DNA from: Bacteroidota bacterium
GTDB taxonomy: Bacteria; Bacteroidota; Ignavibacteria; UBA10030
Direction: 5' to 3'
Assembly: GCA_050013655.1 (NCBI GenBank)
Contig: JBEKEV010000011.1
Coordinates: 13,703-77,702 of the forward strand
Length of the DNA: 64,000 bases
In this document: positions 10,195-19,817 of the stretch, one piece after another
Layout: each line of letters opens with the position of its first letter
Numbering within the stretch: the first letter of the stretch is position 1
The notes under the pieces: generated by a model
The model's database searches: none
Told to the model about the DNA's origin: nothing
Seen by the model: the letters and a program-made list of their open reading frames with translations, nothing else
Made by a program: the position numbers and the translations under genes

Positions 10195-12186
10195 TCATAC
10201 TTCTAACATTGCATCCTTTTCTGTTATTATTTTTTTCTGCGCTATTGGAGCCCCATTCTCAGACATTGGAAATATGAATTTAGTTTTTTGTTCACCATAC
10301 GAGGCTTCAAGTTTATCCCACCAATTGAACTTTAATATGAGTGAAGTCAGTGCCAACACACCAAGACAGATCATGAACGAATTGAAATCTCGAAGCACTA
10401 AAAATACCGGAGTAGCCATGAGTGTTATCTGCCATATTATTCCGACGAGGATATTTGACATATCACGTTTGAAATTTTTATTCGCTACAAACCCTGGATC
10501 AATTTTCACAACTTTTTCATAGATCGGTTTCCAGAAACCCCAAGGACGAACATTGTGGTAGAACTTCATGAGCACTTCATCACTTTCGGGCTTCGTTAAG
10601 AAGGTAGCAACAAAACATCCAATGATAGAATTGAGGAAGATAAAGGGGAAAGAATTCATACTTGGATTATCGGACAAAGGCCAATGATTCAAGAATGGAA
10701 TGAAACCCAAATTATTCAGTAAAAGCAGAACTAACGAAGTTGCAATACCTGAAACCATTCCCCAAAAATATCCATATCCATTGAAACGCCACCAGTACCA
10801 TTTTAAGACATTGGCTGCTGTATAACCGCCCCATAATGATGCAACAATCCAAAGTGCTGCCTGGTTAATTGATTCGACAAAGAATCCGGTTGTAATTCCG
10901 ACAACAACAACAGCAACAGATGCAATGTAGCTCATCCTGACATATTTTTTGGGATCTGCATGAGGATTGATATAACGCTTATATATATCATTCACAATAT
11001 AAGCAGGTGCAGCATTTACTGTCGCTGCAAAATTACTCATAAATGCTGCTATAAAACCAGCCATGAGCAGACCCAGTAAGCCAACGGGGACATAATTGAC
11101 GAGAACTTCAGATAGAATTCTTTCAAAATCGGGAGTGGTTATTGAGCTTTTATACAGTGTATCAAAATTTGTCAGAGCAAGTACGGTTATACCTGCAACC
11201 ATGAAATAACGAGTTGGATTAAGGACAACACTGACCATGGAATTCATTTTTGCTGCTTCTTTCGGACTTCGGGTTGAAAGAATTCGCTGCATATCATAAT
11301 TAGGTGCAGGACCCGCTGCGGCAACAAAGAACCCTTTGAAAAGCATCATTCCAAAAAATAATCCAAAAACAGAATAGCCATCTGTTTTAATCCACTGATT
11401 AAATGCGACTACCTTTGTGGCAAGACTTGAATGCACTGTCGACCAGTCCAGATTCAAGTTCATACCAAACGCCATACTTTTCCAACCTTCCGGTATGACA
11501 TTATTAATCATGGTGGGGGAAACATGAACCATTGCTATAATACCGATTGCAACCGCCGAAATTGAAAGAATGCAATATTGAATAATTTCCGTTGCAACAA
11601 CGCTCATCATCCCCCCTTTCACAACATACAATGTTGTTATACCCATGAGTATAAGAGCATAAAGATTTGCATTGATTTGAGGGTAGTGAGCCAAAGTTTC
11701 CGGATTAGTTACCAAGGCAGGCAGAAATGCAACAGCAAATTTTCCAATTCCTTTAAACCCATAAGAGAGAAATCCAATAACACTAATGAGAGCAAATATC
11801 ACTACTACGATATGGGAAAGTGTAGCGCCCCTCCCCGTCCCAAAACGGGTCTTCATCCATTCTGCACCCGTCATCACATTTGATCTTCGCAGCCAAGGAG
11901 ATAAATAGACCATTAAAAATATTTGATTAAACACCGGCCATATCCAAGGTATCCAAATACTTTTCATTCCATACACAGAAAGCCAATAGACTAAAAGCAT
12001 CGTGCCGGAAATATCAAACATACCTGAAGCATCAGAAATGCCAAGAACCCACCAAGGGATGCGGTTACCTCCAAGGAAGTAACTATTCATATCCTTGGTA
12101 GCTTTTTTAGAAATATAAAATCCAATAAATATTGTAGAAGTCAAATATAAAAGGATAATTCCGATATCAATGATATGAAGATTCAT
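10195..12186 (-). CDS. Sodium:solute symporter (SSS family)
   Basis: 663 aa with about 13 hydrophobic helices; N-terminal FLGGNRIPWWVLGIS block typical of SSS/SGLT transporters. Confidence 0.75.
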   Translation of the reverse strand: MNLHIIDIGIILLYLTSTIFIGFYISKKATKDMNSYFLGGNRIPWWVLGISDASGMFDISGTMLLVYWLSVYGMKSIWIPWIWPVFNQIFLMVYLSPWLRRSNVMTGAEWMKTRFGTGRGATLSHIVVVIFALISVIGFLSYGFKGIGKFAVAFLPALVTNPETLAHYPQINANLYALILMGITTLYVVKGGMMSVVATEIIQYCILSISAVAIGIIAMVHVSPTMINNVIPEGWKSMAFGMNLNLDWSTVHSSLATKVVAFNQWIKTDGYSVFGLFFGMMLFKGFFVAAAGPAPNYDMQRILSTRSPKEAAKMNSMVSVVLNPTRYFMVAGITVLALTNFDTLYKSSITTPDFERILSEVLVNYVPVGLLGLLMAGFIAAFMSNFAATVNAAPAYIVNDIYKRYINPHADPKKYVRMSYIASVAVVVVGITTGFFVESINQAALWIVASLWGGYTAANVLKWYWWRFNGYGYFWGMVSGIATSLVLLLLNNLGFIPFLNHWPLSDNPSMNSFPFIFLNSIIGCFVATFLTKPESDEVLMKFYHNVRPWGFWKPIYEKVVKIDPGFVANKNFKRDMSNILVGIIWQITLMATPVFLVLRDFNSFMICLGVLALTSLILKFNWWDKLEASYGEQKTKFIFPMSENGAPIAQKKIITEKDAMLEV

Positions 12187-12225
12187 TTTGCGTAACTCCG
12201 ATGGCTACCTATTTTTGGAATTGGT

Positions 12226-12262
12226 AAAAAAAAGCGCCTGTGCAAGGTCTGCCACAGACGCT
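12226..12262 (-). terminator. Rho-independent terminator downstream of the 615-aa T9SS protein gene
   Basis: On the minus strand a GCGTCTGTG/CACAGGCGC stem (one mismatch, 10-nt loop) is followed by T8 (plus strand: A8 + gcgcctgtg...cacagacgc). Confidence 0.6.
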
Positions 12263-12285
12263 TTCCTTGAATCTTACTTTGCTGG

Positions 12286-14133
12286 TTATTTAAGCAACAT
12301 CATCTTCTTTGCTAATACTGTGCTTCCGGCTTCTAATTTATAGAAATAAACACCACTCGAAAGGTTCTTTGCATTAAAAGTAACGGCCTGAGGTCCAGCA
12401 TTCCTCATTCCATTTACCAATACTGCAACTTCCTCTCCTAATAAATTATACACTGCGAGCCTTACTTTCTCACTTTTCACAAGCGTGAAAGAAATTTCGG
12501 TAGACGGGTTGAATGGATTGGGATAGTTCTGATCCAGTTTGTAACTACTGACGACAGACGATGGCTGTTGTTTCACGCCGACAGTAATTGCAGTAGAACT
12601 AAGAATAGCATTGCCCCAATTCGCAGTTACCTGATAATCATTATTGCTTGGAGAATACCACCAATTTGAAGTATGTATACGACTACCTGCAGCAGTAGGT
12701 GTAATATCGTTATCATCCGTTTGCAATTGGAAACTGAATACCTTGGTACCAGATGTTCTATCAGCAGTTGTGAATCCTAAGCTATCCAGATTAAATTTAA
12801 ATGCTACCCGGTAGCCAGACCTGGAATTGAACATAGTATCGTTTTCTAACCCTTGATTGAAAAGTTTCCAATTATATTGGAGTCCCTTTCCGATATGATC
12901 TGCATAGGTTAACACATTCATCACAGAATCACGCGGTTGTGCCGGTCTGAGATTAAATTGATACGCGCGAGATGTAGGTGGATTTGTAGCATCGGCACCT
13001 CTGCCTACTACGGTTGTTGTAGATGTATGAGTATGGTTTGCATCGGTGAAAAACTCGATACCATCCATTTGCCAATCGATAGCGGTTACGGTATCAATAA
13101 CGTCGTCGTAGACTGTGAAAAGACCATAGATATATTGATTATCGTAGAGTCCATAGAATCTCCATCCTTGATCTTGCGGATTAGCACCGCTTGTAACACC
13201 GCTACTATTTGTGATATAATCCATAGTAAGCTGATTTGCTTGTTGCCAAACATTATCAATAGTACCATCCAAGGCAGGCGGCGTCGGAGTTTTTAGGAAC
13301 ACGTAATTTGTATCGATCAAATCACCAAAAACGGCATCGCCCCAACCCACAGTTGCCTGATAATCAGTATTTTGCGTTGAGGAGTTCCAATTCAGAATAT
13401 GGATACGACTACCTGCAGCAGTAGGTGTGACATCGTTATCATCTATTTGCAACTGGAGACTAACCTTTTTTCCAACGGCTACAGACCCAAGGCCTAAACT
13501 ATCCAGGTTAAAAGAAAACTCCACAAAATAACCACTTGGACCGCCATTACTTATAGACGATGTATCCAACATCCATTTATATTGGAGTCCCTTTCCGATA
13601 TGATCTGCATAGGTTAACACATTCATCACAGAATCAATCGGTTGTGCCGGTCTGAGATTGAATTGATACGCGCGAGAGGTAGGTGGATTAGTGGCATCGG
13701 CACCTCTGCCTACTACGGTTGTTTGAGATGTATGTGTATTATTTGCATCGATGTAAAACTCGATACCATCCATTTGCCAATCGATAGTGGTTACGGTATC
13801 AATCACATCATCCTGAACATAAAACAATCCATAGATTTTAGTACCATCATACAAAAATTTAGCCCAGCCGGAACAATCTGACCAGTCGGTTGGATAGCTA
13901 CCATTTTGTGGTAAAACATATTGCATCCATGTAGCATCTACGAGATTCCAAATTTGATCCTTCGTATAGTTGCCGATCGTCGGTGCAAGGCTCGTGCTTA
14001 TCTTCGGAATGATCAAAGCGCCGTCATTTGCGCCGCCTTTTATAATTTTCGCTTGAGCAATACCGACTACCAGAACTAATACAATAACAAAAAGTAAAAT
14101 TCTGTGTAACCTCATGACGTGTTTCTCCTTCAC
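12286..14133 (-). CDS. Secreted T9SS-sorted protein built from two tandem copies of a domain of about 235 aa; probably carbohydrate-binding, and the resemblance to CBM9/DOMON is not certain
   Basis: Signal peptide; two internal repeats (…TIDWQMDGIEF…VVGRGADATNPPTSRAYQFNLRPAQP…LTYADHIGKGLQY…DDNDxTPTAAGSRIH…); C-terminal KLDQNYPNPFNPSTEISF...YFYKLEAG T9SS tail. Confidence 0.6.
   Translation of the reverse strand: MKEKHVMRLHRILLFVIVLVLVVGIAQAKIIKGGANDGALIIPKISTSLAPTIGNYTKDQIWNLVDATWMQYVLPQNGSYPTDWSDCSGWAKFLYDGTKIYGLFYVQDDVIDTVTTIDWQMDGIEFYIDANNTHTSQTTVVGRGADATNPPTSRAYQFNLRPAQPIDSVMNVLTYADHIGKGLQYKWMLDTSSISNGGPSGYFVEFSFNLDSLGLGSVAVGKKVSLQLQIDDNDVTPTAAGSRIHILNWNSSTQNTDYQATVGWGDAVFGDLIDTNYVFLKTPTPPALDGTIDNVWQQANQLTMDYITNSSGVTSGANPQDQGWRFYGLYDNQYIYGLFTVYDDVIDTVTAIDWQMDGIEFFTDANHTHTSTTTVVGRGADATNPPTSRAYQFNLRPAQPRDSVMNVLTYADHIGKGLQYNWKLFNQGLENDTMFNSRSGYRVAFKFNLDSLGFTTADRTSGTKVFSFQLQTDDNDITPTAAGSRIHTSNWWYSPSNNDYQVTANWGNAILSSTAITVGVKQQPSSVVSSYKLDQNYPNPFNPSTEISFTLVKSEKVRLAVYNLLGEEVAVLVNGMRNAGPQAVTFNAKNLSSGVYFYKLEAGSTVLAKKMMLLK
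12874..13805. repeat. Intragenic tandem duplication with a period of about 704 bp; the core copies 12874..13100 and 13578..13805 are about 90% identical at nucleotide level, while the rest of each unit has diverged
   Basis: Direct comparison of the two stretches (tatattggagtccctttccgatatgatctgcataggttaacacattcatcacagaatca...). The plus-strand ORFs 12937..13296 and 13642..13881 are antisense shadows of the repeat. Confidence 0.8.
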
Positions 14134-14292
14134 TTTGGTTATATACTAAATAGTTAACTATTAAATTTACATCTTTCGCCTTTTTTCCACTCACCTCCAT
14201 TTCTTGCAAAAATAGTCCTCATGAAAAATAGTGAATAATTTTAATGATGATACAAGACAACTTTTAAAAATTTGTTACACAACACTGCCAAA

Positions 14293-15570
14293 TTATGGGA
14301 GATTCCGGCCAAGATATGGAGCACCAAGCAACGGTGTATTATCTTCTTTTGCCATTCCTATTTTATATAGGCTAGTTGCCGTAGATGATCTTAGATATAA
14401 ATATCTTCCCCCACCCCAAATAAGTTGACTAATCCCTGTAGGCAAAATATTGTTATAGTAATAAGGTAAAAGGGAACCGTTCTCCAGTATATATAAAGAA
14501 TAGTTTGCATTACCAAGAAGAGAAACTAAAACCGTACCGTCAGAGGCAAAATTAAAAGAACTTACGGTACAACCTCTTAAACTTGTATCAGCTGCTATAT
14601 TGACGACCGGTTGTTTACTTCCAACAGTACCGTCAGGATTGATTGGACTTCTGAATAAGCTTGTCGCATCAGCTGCATAGACGTAACCATTATATATACG
14701 AATTCCTACGAATGTAGTACCAGCATAGTCGGCACTGCCAACAACAACCGGTGTTGTCGATCCTTGTTTTATTAAAATCAATCCACTTTTTGATCCATTA
14801 AAATAGATATCTCCGTTACTATTGAAATCAAATACTGAAGAACTGTAAGCTGCAGAAAATGTTACATAGGCTATAGGCGTAGCACTAGCAGTATCAAGTT
14901 GATAAATTGATTTGGATCCGGCGAATGTAGCATACAAGAATCCATGAGGCCCGAATTTCATGTCAGAAAAGGCTTTGACAAAATCTGTTGCTTTATTATT
15001 AATTTTTGTCTTAAAGTAAGAAGTATCTTTATATGGAATTAAATCAATTCCATTAGGCTTTAACATAGTGATATAACCCGTACTCGCTATCCATAGAGTG
15101 TCACCCCCAGCCGTACCATTTTTGTTTGCTTCCATTACACCAACGATTCCCGTCGGTATGCCGGTCAGGTCAGATGAGCTTATTGGAGATTCCAAGTTAT
15201 ATGAAAACTTACCTACAGAATCTGCTTGAAGAATGACTGCATTAATCGTTAAAGCTCCAGAAATGACCGGCCTGTAGACAACCAAAGTATCGGCAGCAGC
15301 TGACATCCGTTTTATAATCGCTTGTTCTGATCCGAAATAAATCCAATTCGAATCAAGCTTACTGGAGAATTTTCCTATGATTGAAATTTCTCTCACTCCA
15401 GCAAGAGCAGAATTTGCCGGCAATACACCTGTAATAACAGATCCGGTTGCATAAGATCTATTGGGATCCCACATTGTTGGAGGAGTCGAGAAATTGTTGC
15501 ATGCACTCAGGACAACAAGCATGAGAATAAAAAGACCGAAAACAAAATAAAATATAATTTTTCTTTTCAT
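14293..15570 (-). CDS. Hypothetical lipoprotein, beta-propeller-like
   Basis: Signal peptide with lipobox (VVLSAC); repetitive YxxAxD/NGDIYF-type motifs; no recognisable catalytic motif. Confidence 0.45.
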   Translation of the reverse strand: MKRKIIFYFVFGLFILMLVVLSACNNFSTPPTMWDPNRSYATGSVITGVLPANSALAGVREISIIGKFSSKLDSNWIYFGSEQAIIKRMSAAADTLVVYRPVISGALTINAVILQADSVGKFSYNLESPISSSDLTGIPTGIVGVMEANKNGTAGGDTLWIASTGYITMLKPNGIDLIPYKDTSYFKTKINNKATDFVKAFSDMKFGPHGFLYATFAGSKSIYQLDTASATPIAYVTFSAAYSSSVFDFNSNGDIYFNGSKSGLILIKQGSTTPVVVGSADYAGTTFVGIRIYNGYVYAADATSLFRSPINPDGTVGSKQPVVNIAADTSLRGCTVSSFNFASDGTVLVSLLGNANYSLYILENGSLLPYYYNNILPTGISQLIWGGGRYLYLRSSTATSLYKIGMAKEDNTPLLGAPYLGRNLP

Positions 15571-15589
15571 AATGATACCATTCTATATT

Positions 15590-16609
15590 TTACATTGAGA
15601 AAGATACTGTAAATCTTTGGACATTATTAAATACTCCAAAAGGCGTATAGGAATAATCAATCTGAAAATTGGCGGAAGATATACCTAAACCGGAAGATGA
15701 AATTCCTAAACCATACGTAACTCCATCTTCATCATCCCCGGTAATATACCCGCCCCGTAATGCAATTAAATTCATAAATTGATACTCTACACCTATTTTT
15801 ATTTGTTCCGGATGAGACATGGGATGGGTAACATCGCATGAGAGAATCAAAGATTGTTTCGGCCCCTTCAAATCGTAGAAATCAAAAAGATTTGCCGATA
15901 TACCGACAGTAAATATTAATGGAAGCTGGAAACTTTCTTCTTCGTAAGTAACATCATTTGAAAAATTCCTTATCGACATTCCAAAATCAATACTTTTGAT
16001 ACCTGTTTTAAAATTTGTACCGAAGTCATACGCAACCGCACTTGCTACGTTCTGTTTGGTAACTACCGTGTTCGCAGCAGTGGGCACTGCACTTTTTCCC
16101 AACGATTGATAGGCAAATCGAACTTGAGCGCCGACACCAAAACGATCAGAGATCATTTTTGCATACCCGATCCCTATCGCCATTGCAGTTGGGTCCATAG
16201 TACCGGTGTCAATATACCCCTGGCTATTATTCCACACCATTGTTCCCAATACGTCGCCATAATCGACAGATTGAAAACTCAGGCCAAGAACACCGTAATC
16301 TCCAGACCAAGGGGATATGATAGCGCTACAAGATAAATATTTAATATCTGCTATCCATTTATTAACGCTCACATTAGCAGTAAAAAAATTTGGCATTTCA
16401 GCCATCGTTGCCGGATTATGAGTTAATGCCGCCGAACAACCGAAGAGCGAATTCACAGCATCACCCATAGCGCCAGCTCTTGCATCAGATGATATGCTAA
16501 GAAAATCGAAACCGGTCTGCGCTAACTTTTCTTGTTGACCATAGGATAGAGATGCAGACAATCCGATTATCATAATCACTGTCAGGTATGTTATTATTAA
16601 TCGTTTCAC
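15590..16609 (-). CDS. Outer-membrane beta-barrel protein of the FadL-like / PorV-PorQ type; possibly a T9SS-associated outer-membrane protein
   Basis: Signal peptide ending ...SYGQQ; N-terminal FLSISSDARAGAMGDAVNS resembles the FadL/PorV family entry motif; alternating hydrophobic pattern; aromatic C-terminus (FTVSFSM). Confidence 0.4.
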   Translation of the reverse strand: MKRLIITYLTVIMIIGLSASLSYGQQEKLAQTGFDFLSISSDARAGAMGDAVNSLFGCSAALTHNPATMAEMPNFFTANVSVNKWIADIKYLSCSAIISPWSGDYGVLGLSFQSVDYGDVLGTMVWNNSQGYIDTGTMDPTAMAIGIGYAKMISDRFGVGAQVRFAYQSLGKSAVPTAANTVVTKQNVASAVAYDFGTNFKTGIKSIDFGMSIRNFSNDVTYEEESFQLPLIFTVGISANLFDFYDLKGPKQSLILSCDVTHPMSHPEQIKIGVEYQFMNLIALRGGYITGDDEDGVTYGLGISSSGLGISSANFQIDYSYTPFGVFNNVQRFTVSFSM

Positions 16610-16641
16610 CTTCTTATTTCTCCTGTTTAGAATGCCACCTG

Positions 16642-17526
16642 CTAGTACGACAAAATGACGACTTTAAATTGATTGGCTATGCTATTACTTGGACTTGCTG
16701 GTGTTGGATTACTTATTTGCGACGGATTAGTTAATGTGAACCGGACCAAGTAAACACTCCCTTGATCGAGATGAATAGTATAACGTGCACTAATAACTGG
16801 TACAATTTCTATTTTGTTGTTACCCGACAAGATTCTTTCGCTGGAATTATATGCTGATTCTGTCGATATCGTTGACGAAGGGCTTACAACCGACGTATCT
16901 CTTTTCACAAGGTCAATCGAAACATAATCATTAATATTAGAGGTTGCGTTTGTGGCATTATAATAATAAAGCAAACTCGTATAGAAATATATATCCTTCG
17001 CTTGGGCAGATTTCAATACTGCATAGCTTACCTTGCCTGAATAGTTTACGGCTATTAACGAATCTTGATGAAGTTCCGGAAGGACAGCTGCCAATGAGTC
17101 AAATCCTGATAGAATAATCTGATTATCAATTGTATCTCCGAGACTCTGAGAGTGAACAATGGACCAAGTAACAGGTAAAGATCGAAATGAAACAGGAGTA
17201 GGCGGCGTCGAATTGCTTAAACTGATCGGCTGGCCTGAGCCGTCAAGCGGAACATACTGATAAGAGGCTGTAAAACCTTGAACATCATTGAGAGTATCAC
17301 TCGTTAATAAATTACCTGCCTTTAAATCAATATCCGATGGAGTAAAATTTTTGGCTTTGAAGTCAGTTGGTAACAAACTATTACACCCAAGGCATGCGAA
17401 AAATAATGCACTCACCAGAAATAGGAAAATAGAGCGAACATAACTATCTTGATAATGAGGGTACATTTCGTTCTCCAAATAATTTGTATTATCTGATAAT
17501 GATAAATTTCCGGATGATATTCTCAC
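16642..17526 (-). CDS. Hypothetical lipoprotein (the likely start is the internal Met at about 17466)
   Basis: An internal signal peptide with lipobox (FFACLGC) follows a 20-aa leader; Ser/Thr-rich; no known domain recognised. Confidence 0.4.
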   Translation of the reverse strand: MRISSGNLSLSDNTNYLENEMYPHYQDSYVRSIFLFLVSALFFACLGCNSLLPTDFKAKNFTPSDIDLKAGNLLTSDTLNDVQGFTASYQYVPLDGSGQPISLSNSTPPTPVSFRSLPVTWSIVHSQSLGDTIDNQIILSGFDSLAAVLPELHQDSLIAVNYSGKVSYAVLKSAQAKDIYFYTSLLYYYNATNATSNINDYVSIDLVKRDTSVVSPSSTISTESAYNSSERILSGNNKIEIVPVISARYTIHLDQGSVYLVRFTLTNPSQISNPTPASPSNSIANQFKVVILSY

Positions 17527-19783
17527 CCTTTCTCAAAATCAATTGATTACTCGTATCGTCATAAATATCTTGTGTAACTTCGAAATATGCAATATATAAC
17601 CCACTCACTACAATTTGCTTAGAAGAAGTCAGTGAATTCCATGTTTCATCACCGCTTCCATTTGTATGATTGATGGTCTGAATCAAATCCCCTGCTTCAG
17701 TAAATATTTTAATCACACAATATTTTGGCAACCCAAAAAATGCAAGCCGGTTTGCTACCGTTCTATCCGTGCCGAATTGAAGTGATGCTGCTTTGATATT
17801 GTATGGATTAGGAACTACTCGAATATCTGAAAGCTTATTGGCAGCTGGTCGCTGCAATGAAGCAGATATATTGGTCATCGTATAGAACATGTTACTTACC
17901 AAAGGCACGCCGGGTTCAATATCGTTTGTTGTCCCATTATCCTTGGTTTGGATATAATAAAAGTAGTTAAATCCTCGTTTTGCTGATTTATCATCATAGG
18001 AATTCGTTACAGTGCTCTTATCACAAGAAAATATCAACTCGAATTTTGTAGCGGTTGTAGTTTCTGCACGATACAGCCGATACCCGTCAAAAGTAGGCCA
18101 CGATTCTGCACTCTTAGACCATTGCAACGAAATTCTATCACCGCCCGATGTCACTGTAAAATCATCCGGCGGTGGCGGAGGCTGAGGAATATTGTAATGA
18201 CTGTTGTAGTTTGCTCGTGCACGCCGAAATGTTTGGAACAATGAATCCCTTCCACTAAACACCCAGGCATTCTTATAGATATTACCATCTGTAGTCGTGC
18301 CTCCATTCCAGGGATTCCAGGACCCTACAGGAAGTGTAGGGTCAGTAGAAGGAAGAGTAAGAGGTATCGTATTACCACTTTTACCATTTTGATACCAGGG
18401 CCACCAGCTCTTTACTATTTCGATATTTTTTTCACGACTTATTCCTGCAACTGCCTCGGCAATAACAATCCGGATACTATCGCCTGGTGCAAGTGTATAT
18501 GGCCCAAATCCCTGCTGGTTGCCATACCCGCCCGTATTTCCACCCCACGTATTGCCAAAACCTGTGGGCCATCCGTTTGCATCTTTTCCAAGTTGTTCGG
18601 CATGAGTTTTTGCATCATGACCGGATGTCATTGATTGATATTGCTGCGTCATGGTAATTGGATTAAACGGACTTGACTGAGTGATATTTTCTATGACACC
18701 ATCCGAACCCATAAATGTCGTCGTTCGCGGCTGGGTAGGATCATTTGCAGTGTCCTGCGGGGATGTATCTGCATGTAATACCATTTCACCTGTAAATCCG
18801 ATGCCACCCAGAATATGTCCATCCAGAAAATCTGGCGCACCAATATCATCCAACACTCCTGTCGAAGAAGATTGAGGTCCATAATATGCAAAGCTCGCAC
18901 AAAAATTATTCGGAGCAGGAAGTGTATGTGTCGCATCTTGTCCCACTGCATCATTGATAGTGTTATGTCCATAACTGATTTGGGGATATCCCCATGCCTG
19001 CTCATAGCCCTCATTATTATCGGCAAACCGATATCTGAAATCAAATACCACACCGGTCAGTGTTTTTGCCGGCGTGATTTGCCCTCCGGTATTATCGCTC
19101 AAACCCGTATTCTTAAAAACATATTCGTAGATGTAATAATTATCGTGGTACTGTTGCGTAGAGGCGAGGACTTTTCTATAGATTGTTATACCTATCGGTG
19201 TATTCACACTGTTGTAGACCATTCGATCCACAGGCAAATTTGAAACAATTCGATCTTGATCTGCCCCTCCCTCAGTAATAGCTTGATTAAGATCATTCGC
19301 CATAGTAGGTTGAGTAAGATCATTCTGATCAAGATCACTGGCTTTATTGCCATCTACGATAACCGTAGGCGCAGCAGAACGGCCAATCAATTTAAAATTT
19401 ACTGGATAGGAAGCAGAATTGACATACAGTGCCGCTCGTCCAAGAGGAATGACTTTGTAAGGATATGTTACACCATTTGTTGGATCTGTAAAATTCGTTG
19501 TACCAATCCATAATGCTTTTCCCACATTATGATCCGTAGACGGATATTGCGCAGGCCAGCGTAAGCCATCATCCTGATCTGTATTTAAATAACCCCTCCC
19601 CCTTCTGCCGTATTCAACTTCAGCACCAGTGCTGGAAAAATATTGCCGTAAAGAACTCACCCATAACCATTTAACGACCTGCGGTCCAAAAACCTGGGCT
19701 TGTAATTGCTGGGTAGTAATTATTCCATATGCACTATACAGCGAAATTACTATGAGAGCTTTTGCCAGATATTTTTTAATCAT
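17489..19783 (-). CDS. Large secreted protein with poly-Pro linker, FN3-like domain and a variant T9SS C-terminal domain; function unknown
   Basis: Signal peptide; PQPPPPPDDFTVTSGGDRISLQW (FN3-like); C-terminus VVPNPYN...VIKIFTEAGDLIQTI...SGLYIAYFEV...RKFIIIR resembles a Por secretion tail. Confidence 0.5.
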   Translation of the reverse strand: MIKKYLAKALIVISLYSAYGIITTQQLQAQVFGPQVVKWLWVSSLRQYFSSTGAEVEYGRRGRGYLNTDQDDGLRWPAQYPSTDHNVGKALWIGTTNFTDPTNGVTYPYKVIPLGRAALYVNSASYPVNFKLIGRSAAPTVIVDGNKASDLDQNDLTQPTMANDLNQAITEGGADQDRIVSNLPVDRMVYNSVNTPIGITIYRKVLASTQQYHDNYYIYEYVFKNTGLSDNTGGQITPAKTLTGVVFDFRYRFADNNEGYEQAWGYPQISYGHNTINDAVGQDATHTLPAPNNFCASFAYYGPQSSSTGVLDDIGAPDFLDGHILGGIGFTGEMVLHADTSPQDTANDPTQPRTTTFMGSDGVIENITQSSPFNPITMTQQYQSMTSGHDAKTHAEQLGKDANGWPTGFGNTWGGNTGGYGNQQGFGPYTLAPGDSIRIVIAEAVAGISREKNIEIVKSWWPWYQNGKSGNTIPLTLPSTDPTLPVGSWNPWNGGTTTDGNIYKNAWVFSGRDSLFQTFRRARANYNSHYNIPQPPPPPDDFTVTSGGDRISLQWSKSAESWPTFDGYRLYRAETTTATKFELIFSCDKSTVTNSYDDKSAKRGFNYFYYIQTKDNGTTNDIEPGVPLVSNMFYTMTNISASLQRPAANKLSDIRVVPNPYNIKAASLQFGTDRTVANRLAFFGLPKYCVIKIFTEAGDLIQTINHTNGSGDETWNSLTSSKQIVVSGLYIAYFEVTQDIYDDTSNQLILRKGENIIRKFIIIR

Positions 19784-19817
19784 ATGAATAATACCTTTTA
19801 TTATCAGCGTTCTTTAT

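Noticed and set aside
12937-13881. Two similar plus-strand ORFs (119 and 79 aa, MCRSEI[K/E]LIRAR…)
   Set aside because: They lie antisense to the two copies of the tandem repeat inside the 615-aa minus-strand gene. Their similarity merely mirrors that duplication. Cys/Arg-rich, not protein-like.
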